From positions 492,638 to 556,637 of the forward strand of contig JAYQSL010000007.1 in the NCBI GenBank assembly GCA_038146865.1: 64,000 nt of DNA. Reading direction: 5' to 3'. The notes beneath the pieces are model-generated. The model searched no databases and was not told where the DNA came from. It saw only the letters and a program-made list of their open reading frames with translations. This document shows, piece by piece, positions 1 to 10,121 of the stretch. The position numbers were made by a program, and so were the translations under genes. Numbering within the stretch: position 1 is the first letter of the stretch; each line of letters starts with the position of its first letter. The stretch is from Rhodospirillaceae bacterium (GTDB taxonomy: Bacteria; Pseudomonadota; Alphaproteobacteria; MPNO01; UBA2964).

Positions 1-89
1 ATCTAGTCTAGGCGGTATTAACCCACCTGAACATAGTGCAAGGACTTGTCCTCTTAACAAAGTGACCTCACAATCATCAGAGATATTTT

Positions 90-827
90 ATGGAGGCGAA
101 AATGGCATTTTCTAGTTGGCGGGGAATTATAGGTATAATTAAGCCCACGATGAGACCAGGAGGTTTAGAGGACATGATCCGCCTGTTACCCGAGGGTATC
201 GGTGTTATTCCGCTATTTAATGATATTCGCCGCGGCGAACGGACGGAATTCAAAGAGATTATGAAGGATTATGACGCGAAGGTAGCTCTGCTGGCAGAAC
301 AGGGGTGCGATGTAATACACCCTGAGGGAGCTCCACCGTTTATGGTTATGGGTTTGAAGGGAGAGGCAAAAAAGATTCGTTCTTGGGAGAGAAAGCATAA
401 AATACCGATCTTCACATCTGGGACAAATCATATAGCGGCTCTAAAAGCGCTTAAGGTAAAGCGGCTTGTGGGTGCGAGCTATTTTAGAGGTGAAATCAAT
501 GACACTTTTGCCGAATATTTTAAAGCGGCAGGATTTGACGTCCTTGATTTCCAAGGAATGGACGTAGATTTTAACCAGGCGCAAAATTTAGATCCGCATC
601 AGGTTTACGCCTTTATCAAAAATTTAGTGCTTAGGAACAAGCGCGCGCAAGGTATCTATATGCTTGGCACGGGTTGGAAGGTGCTCAGCATAATAGAGTT
701 ACTAGAACAAGATTTGGGACTTCCAGTGGTCCATCCAGTACCTTCTAGAGTTTGGGAGTTTCAAAAGCGGCTCAGGGTTCGTGAACCAAGACAGGGGTAT
801 GGGAGGCTTTTGGCAGACCTGCCGTAG
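90..827 (+). CDS. Asp/Glu/hydantoin racemase superfamily protein (maleate isomerase / arylmalonate decarboxylase-like)
   Basis: 245-aa ORF whose length and overall pattern match the Asp/Glu racemase fold, but it contains only one Cys (EQGCDV), so the family call is tentative. Confidence 0.45.
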   Translation: MEAKMAFSSWRGIIGIIKPTMRPGGLEDMIRLLPEGIGVIPLFNDIRRGERTEFKEIMKDYDAKVALLAEQGCDVIHPEGAPPFMVMGLKGEAKKIRSWERKHKIPIFTSGTNHIAALKALKVKRLVGASYFRGEINDTFAEYFKAAGFDVLDFQGMDVDFNQAQNLDPHQVYAFIKNLVLRNKRAQGIYMLGTGWKVLSIIELLEQDLGLPVVHPVPSRVWEFQKRLRVREPRQGYGRLLADLP

Positions 828-839
828 ATAGCTCTGATT

Positions 840-1316
840 TTGGGCATGCTGCTAACGATGGTGGTTGCAAAGAATGGGTTAATGGAACTTGCTCTTGAGG
901 AAGCAATAGAGGCAGCTTTAAGGGAAGAGGTGCCTGTCGGCGCTGTCGTCATTGACTCTGTCAGTGGAGAAATTTTGGCCGCCGATGGCAATCGCACTGA
1001 AGAGCTCGGGGATCCTACGGCGCATGCCGAGATGCTTGTTTTAAGAAAAGCGGCGTCTCAGTATGGCGGACACCGGCTGATCAATTGTGATCTCTACGTC
1101 ACACTTGAACCCTGCCCCATGTGTGCAGCGGCCATTTCTCTCTTCAGAATTCGCCGCCTGTACTTCGGCGTGTCAGATTCAAAAAGTGGTGGGGTCGAGA
1201 GCGGTCCTCGCATTTTTAATCAATCGACTTGTCATCATGTCCCCGAAATCTACGGCGGAATTGGCGAGGTTCGCGCCAAGGAGCTTTTACAAGAGTTTTT
1301 TAGGGCTCGGCGCTAA
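840..1316 (+). CDS. tadA: tRNA-specific adenosine deaminase (CDA-fold, TadA-like)
   Basis: Cytidine/deoxycytidylate deaminase zinc motifs HAEMLVL and PCPMCAAAI are present. The true start may be the internal Met near 882. Confidence 0.85.
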   Translation: MGMLLTMVVAKNGLMELALEEAIEAALREEVPVGAVVIDSVSGEILAADGNRTEELGDPTAHAEMLVLRKAASQYGGHRLINCDLYVTLEPCPMCAAAISLFRIRRLYFGVSDSKSGGVESGPRIFNQSTCHHVPEIYGGIGEVRAKELLQEFFRARR

Positions 1317-1405
1317 AGTCGATTTTTCCAAAACTGAATTTCCCAATAGCTATTTTACGCCGATGATTTATCTCTCTGAATGGGTAATTATTGGCGGAGT
1401 GTTTA

Positions 1406-2953
1406 TCATTCCTCGAAACCGTACTCTTTCCAGCGTGCGTTGACTTTGTCCATATCGGCTTTGTGAGGTGCCACGGTTGGTGGGTAGCGTTTTCCGCCGT
1501 ATTGCTCCTCCGGTTCAAAATCAAGATTGATTGTGGCATCTATTAAAACCCGACACCATTTTCCTGTCCCAAAAAGCATTGGGTCACGATCTTTCAAACG
1601 GGTTGAGGGATCAAGAAGGGATCCAAAATTTGCAGGAAAGAAAACAATATCATCCTCAGATGCATTTACCCTGTATGCGAAGGCCCAATCGACTGCGCCA
1701 TAATCCCGAATATCTATATCGTCATCCAGCACCCAGACATTTTTGTATCTCAGATGCGCGGAGTTTGATCCCCAAAGGGCGGCGGCGGCTTGTTTGGCTT
1801 GGCCACGATAAGTTTGATTTAATTGGATAAAAACTGTTGTGCCATTATTTGCAGGTGAACAGTGAACATCTGTTACTCCTGGTACGCCTGCCCGTTCTAG
1901 AACATTCCATGCGACCCCGGCGCGCTGTATTGAACTCATGACGCTATTCTCGTTCAACATTTTAGGCAGGGTGCCTTCAAGGGTTCCTCGGAAAATAGGA
2001 TTATTGCGGTGGGTTATGCACGTAACTTTGGTTACATGTTTTGGCCCTGCGTCTCCCCCAAAATATCCAGGGTATTCACCAAAGGGTCCTTCCATTTCGA
2101 AGGTAGAGGGATCAGGATCTATGTAACCCTCGACAACTATTTCTGCGCTAGCAGGTACGAGTAAATCATTGGTTTCGCATTTTACTAATTCGACAGGCTT
2201 TCCGCGGATAGCGCCCATCACGTCGTATTCAGAGACCCCAGTTGGAACGGGGGCTGATGCGCAATAGGGAAGGGAAGGTTCCCACCCGTAAACATGCGCG
2301 ACGGGCATTTTTTGTCCTCGTTCCGCCCATTTTTGAAAATGCACACCCCAATTTTGAGCTCTCCAAAGCAGAACAGGTAGGGTGTCTCTTTGACCAATCA
2401 TTCCACGATATATACCGAGATTATGTACTCCGGTATCCGGGTCCATCGTCACGGTGGCTTGAAAAGTGTTTATGTACCTTCCGCCGTCTTCGCGGTGCCA
2501 TTGAGGGACCGGAAAATCAAATAAATTTATCGAGTCCCCGACCAAGATGTTTTCTTTGACTGGGCCCGTGGCTACCTGAGTGGGTTCAACTCTCTGAGAT
2601 AGATAATATCTGGTTGCTAAAACGAGATCTCGCGCCGGAGAGTCCTTAGGTAAGCCAAGGGTCATCGCCAGTCTCGAGTAGTTCGACATCCCACCGGTGA
2701 AAAGTTGTGAGCATCTCGCACTGTCCTCGTTGTAACCAGTTATGTTTTTGAAGAGTATTGCAGGACCTTCCCCTGTGCCAAAAGCCTTTCGGGCAATGGT
2801 TCCAAGCTCACAATTCCAATCTACTTCAACATCAATTTCTTGAAGTGTATCTTCCTCCTTGAGCGCATCAATCCAACCCCTAAGATCCTCAAACACCCTG
2901 GGTTGCAATCTGTTCGACACCCCGCCAAATGAGTCAATATCATTACTATTCAT
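1406..2953 (-). CDS. UbiD-family (prFMN-dependent) decarboxylase, paralog A
   Basis: Contains UbiD-like motifs (GIYRGM, GYIDPDP, VTDVH). It is about 55-60% identical by eye to the adjacent paralog B. The ORF track extends it to 3118, but alignment with paralog B places the start at the internal Met (MNSNDIDSF...), which removes the overlap. Confidence 0.8.
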   Translation of the reverse strand: MNSNDIDSFGGVSNRLQPRVFEDLRGWIDALKEEDTLQEIDVEVDWNCELGTIARKAFGTGEGPAILFKNITGYNEDSARCSQLFTGGMSNYSRLAMTLGLPKDSPARDLVLATRYYLSQRVEPTQVATGPVKENILVGDSINLFDFPVPQWHREDGGRYINTFQATVTMDPDTGVHNLGIYRGMIGQRDTLPVLLWRAQNWGVHFQKWAERGQKMPVAHVYGWEPSLPYCASAPVPTGVSEYDVMGAIRGKPVELVKCETNDLLVPASAEIVVEGYIDPDPSTFEMEGPFGEYPGYFGGDAGPKHVTKVTCITHRNNPIFRGTLEGTLPKMLNENSVMSSIQRAGVAWNVLERAGVPGVTDVHCSPANNGTTVFIQLNQTYRGQAKQAAAALWGSNSAHLRYKNVWVLDDDIDIRDYGAVDWAFAYRVNASEDDIVFFPANFGSLLDPSTRLKDRDPMLFGTGKWCRVLIDATINLDFEPEEQYGGKRYPPTVAPHKADMDKVNARWKEYGFEE

Positions 2954-2987
2954 TATCTTTGTCTTTCCTGAAGGGTCCAAGTGTTGC

Positions 2988-4529
2988 TTATAGTAAGCCC
3001 TTGCCCCATTTATCGAGGCCCAATTCTTCCCATCGGGCCCTTGCCTTGTCTTGATCTTCCTTAGAGGGATGAACTGTTGGCGGCCAGCGTCGTCCCTGTT
3101 CATCCGGTTCATAATCAAGATTGATTGTGCAATCTAACAAGACACGGTGCCATTTACCTGTTCCAAATAGATGCACGTTTGAGTCTCGAGCTCGAACACT
3201 TGGATCAAGTCCTGCGCCCCAAGTCGAGGGGAATACGATTAAATCGTCTTCACCCGCATTGAATCTCCAGGCTAAAGCCCAATCGATCGCTCCATAATCA
3301 TGGACATCGATATCCTGGTCCACAACGAAGACATGTTTGTACCTAACATGTGATGCGGAGTTACCCCATAGAGCTGCCGCCACTTGTTTTGCTTGTCCAC
3401 GATAAGTTTGGTTAATTTGTACTGCCACATTAATGCCCGCTTGTATTGGCATTCCAAAAACGTCGGTAACCCCTGGGACACCTGCACTTTCTAGTGCGTT
3501 CCAAGCCGTCGCTGATCTCTGAATGGAGCTCATAATATGGTTTTCGCCGTAGGATCCAGGAACTGCACCTTCGAGGGCTCCACGTAATATGGGCCTGTCG
3601 CGATGGGTTATTGCTGTCACCCGAGCAACGTGTTTCGGTGTCTGCTCAGTCGCATAATAGCCGGTGAATTCAGCATATGGGCCCTCGGGTCTGAAAGTCT
3701 GAGGATCCGTTGATATCCATCCTTCGATTACAATCTCGGCGCTGGCCGGCACCTGCAACGGCACTGTTTCACAGTCTACTAATTCGACCGGTTCTCCTCT
3801 AATCGCACCCATAACTTCGTATTCTGAGACATCTCGAGGAACAGGTGAACCTGCCGTAAATCCCATCGTTGGCTCCCAGCCAATCACGAATGCGACGGGC
3901 ATCTCGTCAGCACGGGCCATGTGCTTTGCATAGTGGTTTCCCCATCCCTGCGCCCTCCACAGGAGAACGCCAATATTGGCTTGGTCCAGCGCCATTCCGC
4001 GATAAATACCGACGTTATGAATCCCTGATTCCGGATCCTTAGTGACGCAAGCCGAATACGTATTTATGTAACGACCACCATCGCCACGATTCCATTTCGG
4101 GATCGGGAATTTAAACAAGTCTATATCTCGCCCAGTGATAATATTGTCTTTAACCGGACCTGTGCGGACTGTTTTCGGCGGTATACGTTCTTTAAAAATG
4201 TATCGACACATTTTTACCATATCACGAATGGGGGTGTCGGGTTTTAAACCGAACATCATAGCTAAACGCGAATAGCTTCCCTGACCATTCGTGAAGACCT
4301 CGCCGCACACGCTCTCAGGTGTGTTGTAGTCTTTGATATTCTTGAAAAGGAAAGCCGGGCCAGCTCCAGTGCCTTGCGCCATGCGGACGATCGTCCCGAG
4401 CTCCGTATCCCAATCTACTTCTTGATCAAACTCCGCTAGCTCCCCGGCTTCACGCAGTGCTGCAATCCAACCCCTTAAATCTCCAAAGGCGACGGGTTTT
4501 CTCTCAATTCGGTCGCTGCTTTCATCCAA
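2988..4529 (-). CDS. UbiD-family (prFMN-dependent) decarboxylase, paralog B
   Basis: 513 aa, collinear with paralog A and with canonical UbiD (GIYRGM...VTDVF). Confidence 0.8.
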   Translation of the reverse strand: MDESSDRIERKPVAFGDLRGWIAALREAGELAEFDQEVDWDTELGTIVRMAQGTGAGPAFLFKNIKDYNTPESVCGEVFTNGQGSYSRLAMMFGLKPDTPIRDMVKMCRYIFKERIPPKTVRTGPVKDNIITGRDIDLFKFPIPKWNRGDGGRYINTYSACVTKDPESGIHNVGIYRGMALDQANIGVLLWRAQGWGNHYAKHMARADEMPVAFVIGWEPTMGFTAGSPVPRDVSEYEVMGAIRGEPVELVDCETVPLQVPASAEIVIEGWISTDPQTFRPEGPYAEFTGYYATEQTPKHVARVTAITHRDRPILRGALEGAVPGSYGENHIMSSIQRSATAWNALESAGVPGVTDVFGMPIQAGINVAVQINQTYRGQAKQVAAALWGNSASHVRYKHVFVVDQDIDVHDYGAIDWALAWRFNAGEDDLIVFPSTWGAGLDPSVRARDSNVHLFGTGKWHRVLLDCTINLDYEPDEQGRRWPPTVHPSKEDQDKARARWEELGLDKWGKGLL

Positions 4530-4710
4530 AGGTAAAACCCCTTCAATTTGCTTAAAAATATAAAAACTTTTCTGGTCTTCTATTGCATGGGCAGAGTTCT
4601 GTCCACTTTACTACCTGCCCGTTTACCTGCAACACGCCAGAACATTGCCCTCAACAGAGGTGCCGCGATATGCTATCGATAGGTTTAGATTTTTGGAGAT
4701 AAACTGGCCT

Positions 4711-5532
4711 ATGGGTAGAGTGCTGACTAATGAGCAGGTAAATAGTTATAATACCGCGGGGTTTCTTGGGCCAATCGAGCTACTAAAACCAAAAGAAGCG
4801 GCTGAGATCCGTCACAAGATAGAAAAAGTTGAGTCCGAACTTGGAGGACAAATCCAATCGCGGTGTAAGATAAAAGCTCATATACCCTTTCTTTTTTTGT
4901 GCGAGCTGATCTCGCACCCTAAACTTCTTGATGCCGTAGAAGATATTATCGGGCCAAATATAATGTGCTGGGGCTCTAGTTTTTTTCAGAAAGAGGCGGG
5001 GGATCCGGGTTTTGTCTCGTGGCATCAAGACTCGACATACTACGGTTTAGAACCTTGCGAGACACTTACAGCTTGGATTGCAATTTCTGAAGCCTCACGT
5101 GAGTCAGGCTGCATGCGTTTCTTACCCGGGTCACATAATCAGGGGATATATGATCACGAGGAGACCCTGGCTGAAAATAATATTTTATCTCGGGGCCAGA
5201 CTGTTCTGGGTATTAATGAGGAAAAGGCTATTCACGTGCCATTAAAGGCCGGTGAGTTTTCCTTTCACAAGGAGGATGTATTACATGCATCCGACCCGAA
5301 TAAGTCTGATGACCGACGTATAGGTTTATCGGTGCACTATATTGCGCCAAAAGTTAAAGAAACAGGGTTTCCCGGTGCCAGTGCCATGCTGCTCAGGGGA
5401 GAAGATCATTTTGGGTTTTGGGCCGAGGACATCTGGCCGAAAGACGATTTTGATCGCGAGGCCCTAAAAGAAGTAGATCGTGTATGGAAGATGTATCAAA
5501 TGAAGCCCGAAGACCGGCAACCTTCGCTCTGA
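4711..5532 (+). CDS. Phytanoyl-CoA dioxygenase (PhyH) family Fe(II)/2-oxoglutarate oxygenase
   Basis: Conserved WHQDSTYY and a HxD...H facial-triad pattern. The ORF track start at 4645 is also possible; the Met at 4711 (MGRVLTNEQ) fits typical family N-termini. Confidence 0.7.
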   Translation: MGRVLTNEQVNSYNTAGFLGPIELLKPKEAAEIRHKIEKVESELGGQIQSRCKIKAHIPFLFLCELISHPKLLDAVEDIIGPNIMCWGSSFFQKEAGDPGFVSWHQDSTYYGLEPCETLTAWIAISEASRESGCMRFLPGSHNQGIYDHEETLAENNILSRGQTVLGINEEKAIHVPLKAGEFSFHKEDVLHASDPNKSDDRRIGLSVHYIAPKVKETGFPGASAMLLRGEDHFGFWAEDIWPKDDFDREALKEVDRVWKMYQMKPEDRQPSL

Positions 5533-6332
5533 GTCAAAAAAAAATTCCAAATGCCAGTATCAATGTCTCGTGGCGGGAAGAGGGTCATGGGCAGCCGATT
5601 TTTTTTATTCACGGTATTGGAACCGGATCTGAATATTGGGCGGACCAATTTTCTATCCTTTCGAGTGAGTACCACACTATTGCCTGGGATATGCCCGGTT
5701 ATGGTACATCAGAAAATGTTCCTGCCCCACCGTTCGATGTGGACTCTTATACCAACGTCGCCATTGAACTTATTTCATGTTTGGGGATACGGAATTGTCA
5801 TCTAGTGGGCCAATCTCTTGGTGCATTGATCGCGGCACGGATAGCAGCTCAATTTCCGACAGTTGCATTATCTCTCACACTATCTCACCCCTTAGTTGGA
5901 CTTGGTAGGATGCCAAAGAGTGAGAGAGAAGCTGTCGCGGCCGCTAGAATTCGATTGTTTGAAGAACTGGGTCCCCTCAGATTTGCGCATGAAAAAGGCC
6001 CTGCCATATTAGCACCCAATGTAAATCACCTTCTTCGACAAAAGGTAATTGAATTAATGTCCAGTGTCAGAGCACCGGGTCTAAGAAACGCTGTTCATAT
6101 GATGAGTGAAGCGGATATTTTTGATGATCTGTCTGTAATTAAGGTTCCGACAATGGTCATCTGCGGAGATTGTGATCCTGTTGCCCCTTTGAAGGTTTGT
6201 CGGTCGATTTCAGCCGCATCAGACACCTTCATGTTAGAGGTTTTAGCAGATGTTGGGCATTATGGCGCGGTAGAACAACCCAAGATTTACGCGGACCTAC
6301 TAAAACGTTTCTTTCGTAAATCTAGTGCTTAA
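5484..6332 (+). CDS. Alpha/beta-fold hydrolase
   Basis: HGIGTGSEYW oxyanion region, GQSLG nucleophile elbow, and a C-terminal His. It overlaps the upstream gene by 49 nt, and there is an A9 run at the junction. Confidence 0.65.
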   Translation: MEDVSNEARRPATFALSQKKIPNASINVSWREEGHGQPIFFIHGIGTGSEYWADQFSILSSEYHTIAWDMPGYGTSENVPAPPFDVDSYTNVAIELISCLGIRNCHLVGQSLGALIAARIAAQFPTVALSLTLSHPLVGLGRMPKSEREAVAAARIRLFEELGPLRFAHEKGPAILAPNVNHLLRQKVIELMSSVRAPGLRNAVHMMSEADIFDDLSVIKVPTMVICGDCDPVAPLKVCRSISAASDTFMLEVLADVGHYGAVEQPKIYADLLKRFFRKSSA

Positions 6333-6432
6333 ATACCGGAAAAATAAGATTCGTACTTGAAACAGACGTTGACCTGTGTACAGTCCCAAATTGAGGGTTA
6401 TTGTTAACAGAAGAGACAGGGAGAAATCTGTA

Positions 6433-7395
6433 ATGAAGTTTATTTTTACTGGCTGCGTCGCGTTAAGTGCTATCGCTCTTTCGGCGTCGGCAACTGCTCA
6501 GACCTTTGGGATTGGGTCAACTAAGGCGGGGGCGGTAGCCCAAATTACCGCAACTATCTCAAAAGCTGTATCGGAACATGCTCCTGGCGTTCAAATGCGA
6601 AAGCAAACAATGGGTGGTACCCAACAGTACATACCCGTTGTCAACGCAGGAGAGCTTGGTTTTGGTATTTCCAACATTACCCAGTACTACATGGCACAGG
6701 AAGGAATAGCTCTTTCTAAAGGGACGAAATATAGCGATTTGCGCATTATTGCGACCATGATGAAATTCACGGTAAGCCCCGTGGTTCCCATCAAAAGTGG
6801 TATAAATAGCGTTGCAGACCTCAAAGGTAAGCGCATTTCCTCTGGTTTCAAAGGGGCCCCTTTGTTTCACTATATAACCAGTGGAGCTCTTGCGACCGAC
6901 AAACTGACTTATGATGACGTGAAAAAGGTTCCTCAGGTCGGTCTAGTTCAACATTGGCGCGCCTTTATTTCTGGAAAAACAGATATGGCAATAGCTGCCG
7001 CAGGAACAGGTTGGGTCAAGCAAATGCAGGCTAAAATTGATGGCGGCGTTAAGCACCTCTCATTCGATACGTCTCCAGAGGCTTTGGCTCGAATGCAGAA
7101 GTGGTATCCAAAGTCAGAATGGCAAATAGTTAAACCTGCCAAAGGTCTGACTGGGGTGCTAAAACCGACTAACTTTGTTGCCTATGACTTCCTTCTTTGG
7201 ACACACAAAGGGATGTCTGATGATGTTGCCTATAAAGTGACGAAAGTCATGCACACAAAGGAAAAGCAACTTAAAGCCGGGGGTCCTCTGTGGCGTTCCT
7301 ATCAAGCAAATGCCCGTCTTCAAAAAGATCAGGGCTATGCTTATCATCCAGGCGCAATTAAATATTATAAAGAAGTGGGTCTCTGGAAACGATAA
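6433..7395 (+). CDS. TRAP transporter solute-binding protein, TAXI family
   Basis: Signal peptide MKFIFTGCVALSAIALSASATAQ. The length and its position immediately upstream of a fused TRAP permease fit the family. Confidence 0.7.
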   Translation: MKFIFTGCVALSAIALSASATAQTFGIGSTKAGAVAQITATISKAVSEHAPGVQMRKQTMGGTQQYIPVVNAGELGFGISNITQYYMAQEGIALSKGTKYSDLRIIATMMKFTVSPVVPIKSGINSVADLKGKRISSGFKGAPLFHYITSGALATDKLTYDDVKKVPQVGLVQHWRAFISGKTDMAIAAAGTGWVKQMQAKIDGGVKHLSFDTSPEALARMQKWYPKSEWQIVKPAKGLTGVLKPTNFVAYDFLLWTHKGMSDDVAYKVTKVMHTKEKQLKAGGPLWRSYQANARLQKDQGYAYHPGAIKYYKEVGLWKR

Positions 7396-7511
7396 ATTCT
7401 CCTGGAGGAAACGCCTAAATTTTGATGTCGCCCGTGCACTCCCAAGGAGGCGCGGGCGATTTTCATATAAAATGATTGCGAATCTGTGTCTTAGTGGAAT
7501 AGAGGGATCTT

Positions 7512-9491
7512 GTGATGGCTGGCGATGTGATGAGTGAGGGAACACCTGAAAATAAAAAAGGTGCAGCTCTGATTGCTGAGTGGGATGAGTCTCCGTTCGT
7601 TAAGTCTTCCGCATTGATCCTCGGTGCATTTATTACCCTTATTGCCCTGGCTTGGGCGATAGAACTGCCACTTAAACTCGGACTTGAGTGGCTGGACGAA
7701 CAGGCGATGGTTGCTTGTCTTGGGTTGGTGATAGGCGTGGTCTTTATTCGATATCCCGCGAGTGGCGGGAGAAAAAGGCATTCTATTCCCTGGTATGATG
7801 CGATTTGCGCGGTGTCTGGTCTCGGGATCTCGGCTTGGCTTATATCTATCTATGGAGACATCGAACTAAATCCATTTGCCATGCGCGATCAGATGTTTTG
7901 GATCAGTATGATTTTACTGCCTTTAGTTTGGGAGTCGCTGAGACGAACTGCAGGGCTTAGCCTCACCATTATCTTTTCCGCTTTTGTTCTGTACGCTTTT
8001 ATCGGTCACTGGGTCCCAGGAGAGATGTTCAAGGGGGTTGAACAGGATCCCTATCGTCTTATAGCCGAGTTGGGCACCAACAATGCTTCCATTCTTGGTC
8101 TACCTCTCAAGATTATTGTTTTAACAGTTGTTCTCTTCATTTGGATGGGGCAATTACTCCTGCATACGGGCGCATCAGAGTGGTTTACCGATGTAGCTGC
8201 AGCTATGATGGGCCGATCCCGCGGTGGTTCTGCCAAAATAGCGGTTGTGGCCTCTGGCTTCTTCGGCTCTATTTCCGGATCGGCTGTTGCCAATGTCGCT
8301 TCGACTGGCGTCATAACAATCCCCTTAATGAAACAGGCCGGATATGACTCTAAGAGTGCCGGTGCTATCGAAGCGGTTGCTTCTACGGGTGGTCAGATAA
8401 TGCCTCCGATAATGGGTGCTGCCGCTTTTTTGATGGCAGAGATTTTGGAGCTAGAATATACAGAGATTATATTGGCAGCGTTGGTACCGGCAGCGCTTTA
8501 CTACCTTGCTGTATTTGTTCAGGTTGATCTGGAAGCTGCCAAAAATAAGATTGCTCCTCTGCCCAAAGACCGAATACCTAGAATGGCCAAAGTAATGGGT
8601 GAGGGTTGGTTCTTTATTCTTCCATACGTAATTCTTGTTTGGACATTATTTTCACTCAATATGCCCCCTCAAGAAGCGGCCTTCTGGGCGGCGATCTCTG
8701 TGGCTGTGGTAAGTATTATTTTCGGTTACAAGGGCCATCGAATTACCCCGGCCCAATTGTGGGATTCTATTGCTGGATGTGGTCGTGCATCTGCAGATAT
8801 CGTAGCGATTGGTGCAATGGCAGGAATTATAATTGCTATTCTGGATCGGACAGGGCTTGGTCAGGCACTTACATTGTTGCTGGCATCCGTTGGTGAAGAT
8901 AGCGTCTTCTTACTTTTAGTCTTGACCGCGATCGTTTCAATTTTGCTTGGCATGGGGATGCCAACATCTGCAATCTATCTGCTGTTGGCTACCATGATTG
9001 CGCCATCGCTAGTGAAGTTGGGTATCAATCCGATCGCGGCGCATATGTTCGTTCTTTATTTTGGTTTGATGTCTATGATTACGCCGCCAGTGGCGATAGC
9101 AGCTTTTGCGGCGGCCTCGCTCTCGGGGGCCAGGCCGATGGAGACAGGTGTGACCGCGGTTAGGCTCGGTTGGATCGCTTATATTATCCCATTTGTCTTT
9201 GTCCTATCTCCAGCCCTATTGGGTCAGGGATCTGCGTTTGAAATAATAGAGGCCTCAGTTACCGCTTTGGTAGGTGTTTGGGTCGGATCCTGTGGGTTAA
9301 TAGGTTTTGTCTTTGGACCGCAAAATAATTTCAACCGTCTACTGCTGTTTGCAGCAGGTGTTCTCTTGTTACTGCCGGCTTCAGCAATAGATTACGGTTT
9401 TGCGATTAATGGAATTGGATTCGTTATTGGTGCGGTTGTAGTAATTAAAGACTGGCTGAGAAATCGAGACACTGGTTCCGCTGAGGCTTAG
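7512..9491 (+). CDS. TRAP transporter fused permease (TAXI-associated DctQ/DctM fusion)
   Basis: 659-aa polytopic membrane protein with DctM-like repeats, directly downstream of the TAXI receptor. Confidence 0.75.
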   Translation: MMAGDVMSEGTPENKKGAALIAEWDESPFVKSSALILGAFITLIALAWAIELPLKLGLEWLDEQAMVACLGLVIGVVFIRYPASGGRKRHSIPWYDAICAVSGLGISAWLISIYGDIELNPFAMRDQMFWISMILLPLVWESLRRTAGLSLTIIFSAFVLYAFIGHWVPGEMFKGVEQDPYRLIAELGTNNASILGLPLKIIVLTVVLFIWMGQLLLHTGASEWFTDVAAAMMGRSRGGSAKIAVVASGFFGSISGSAVANVASTGVITIPLMKQAGYDSKSAGAIEAVASTGGQIMPPIMGAAAFLMAEILELEYTEIILAALVPAALYYLAVFVQVDLEAAKNKIAPLPKDRIPRMAKVMGEGWFFILPYVILVWTLFSLNMPPQEAAFWAAISVAVVSIIFGYKGHRITPAQLWDSIAGCGRASADIVAIGAMAGIIIAILDRTGLGQALTLLLASVGEDSVFLLLVLTAIVSILLGMGMPTSAIYLLLATMIAPSLVKLGINPIAAHMFVLYFGLMSMITPPVAIAAFAAASLSGARPMETGVTAVRLGWIAYIIPFVFVLSPALLGQGSAFEIIEASVTALVGVWVGSCGLIGFVFGPQNNFNRLLLFAAGVLLLLPASAIDYGFAINGIGFVIGAVVVIKDWLRNRDTGSAEA

Positions 9492-9585
9492 GCTTGATGA
9501 GGCCTGCCCGCTGAGTTGAATTAACCTGTCATTTCGCACTTACGATTAAGAAAACTGGTTTTTCTTAGCTGTGCTGTGCGAGGGC

Positions 9586-10029
9586 CTAGAACAGTGGTTT
9601 CTCTCTGATCAGTGATTTCCCTTTTTCATAAATGTTTTCGGGCCAGGGTACGGCTTTTCTAAAAATTGTGTCGAGGGATACGCAAATCTGATCATTTATT
9701 GCGCATATTTCTTTAGTACAAGCATCGATCATTACAGCCCATACATGCAAACTTTTGGGGGTAAAATTTATAAAACAAGATCGTATCTGAATAAGATCTC
9801 CTGGAAGAATTTCTCGTTTATACTCATAGTTCTCTGTCACTGCAGCCATACCTCTATTATTTTCACGCATGTACTGGGGAGTTATGCCTGCAGTTGTAAA
9901 GGTATAGTAGGCCGACTCATTGAAAGCTCGACTGTAATAACGAACATTTGCATGACCCATATGGTCCATTTCCATCGGGTAAAACATACCTTGGTAAGCG
10001 AGGTTAAAGTCTTCGAATTCTTGCAGCAC
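9586..10029 (-). CDS. Hotdog-fold acyl-CoA thioesterase (4HBT-like)
   Basis: 147 aa with a layout resembling YbgC/4HBT thioesterases (HANVRYY ... LPGDLIQIRS ... LHVWAVMID). Confidence 0.5.
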   Translation of the reverse strand: MLQEFEDFNLAYQGMFYPMEMDHMGHANVRYYSRAFNESAYYTFTTAGITPQYMRENNRGMAAVTENYEYKREILPGDLIQIRSCFINFTPKSLHVWAVMIDACTKEICAINDQICVSLDTIFRKAVPWPENIYEKGKSLIREKPLF

Positions 10030-10121
10030 AGGATTTGCCTAATCAGAGATAAAAAAAGCCAAAATCATCGAAAAATGATAAAAAACTAGGGGTAGGGAAA
10101 TTTTTCTGTCAATTTGATGGT

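Noticed and set aside
1406-3118. 570-aa version of UbiD paralog A given in the ORF track
   Set aside because: The N-terminal 55 residues overlap paralog B by 130 nt and have no counterpart in paralog B or in canonical UbiD. The internal Met at 2953 gives a collinear alignment.
9548-9566. Hairpin AAGAAAAC..GTTTTTCTT between the convergent TRAP permease and thioesterase genes
   Set aside because: The stem is short and AT-only, with a very small loop. It may be a weak bidirectional terminator, but the evidence is too thin to annotate.
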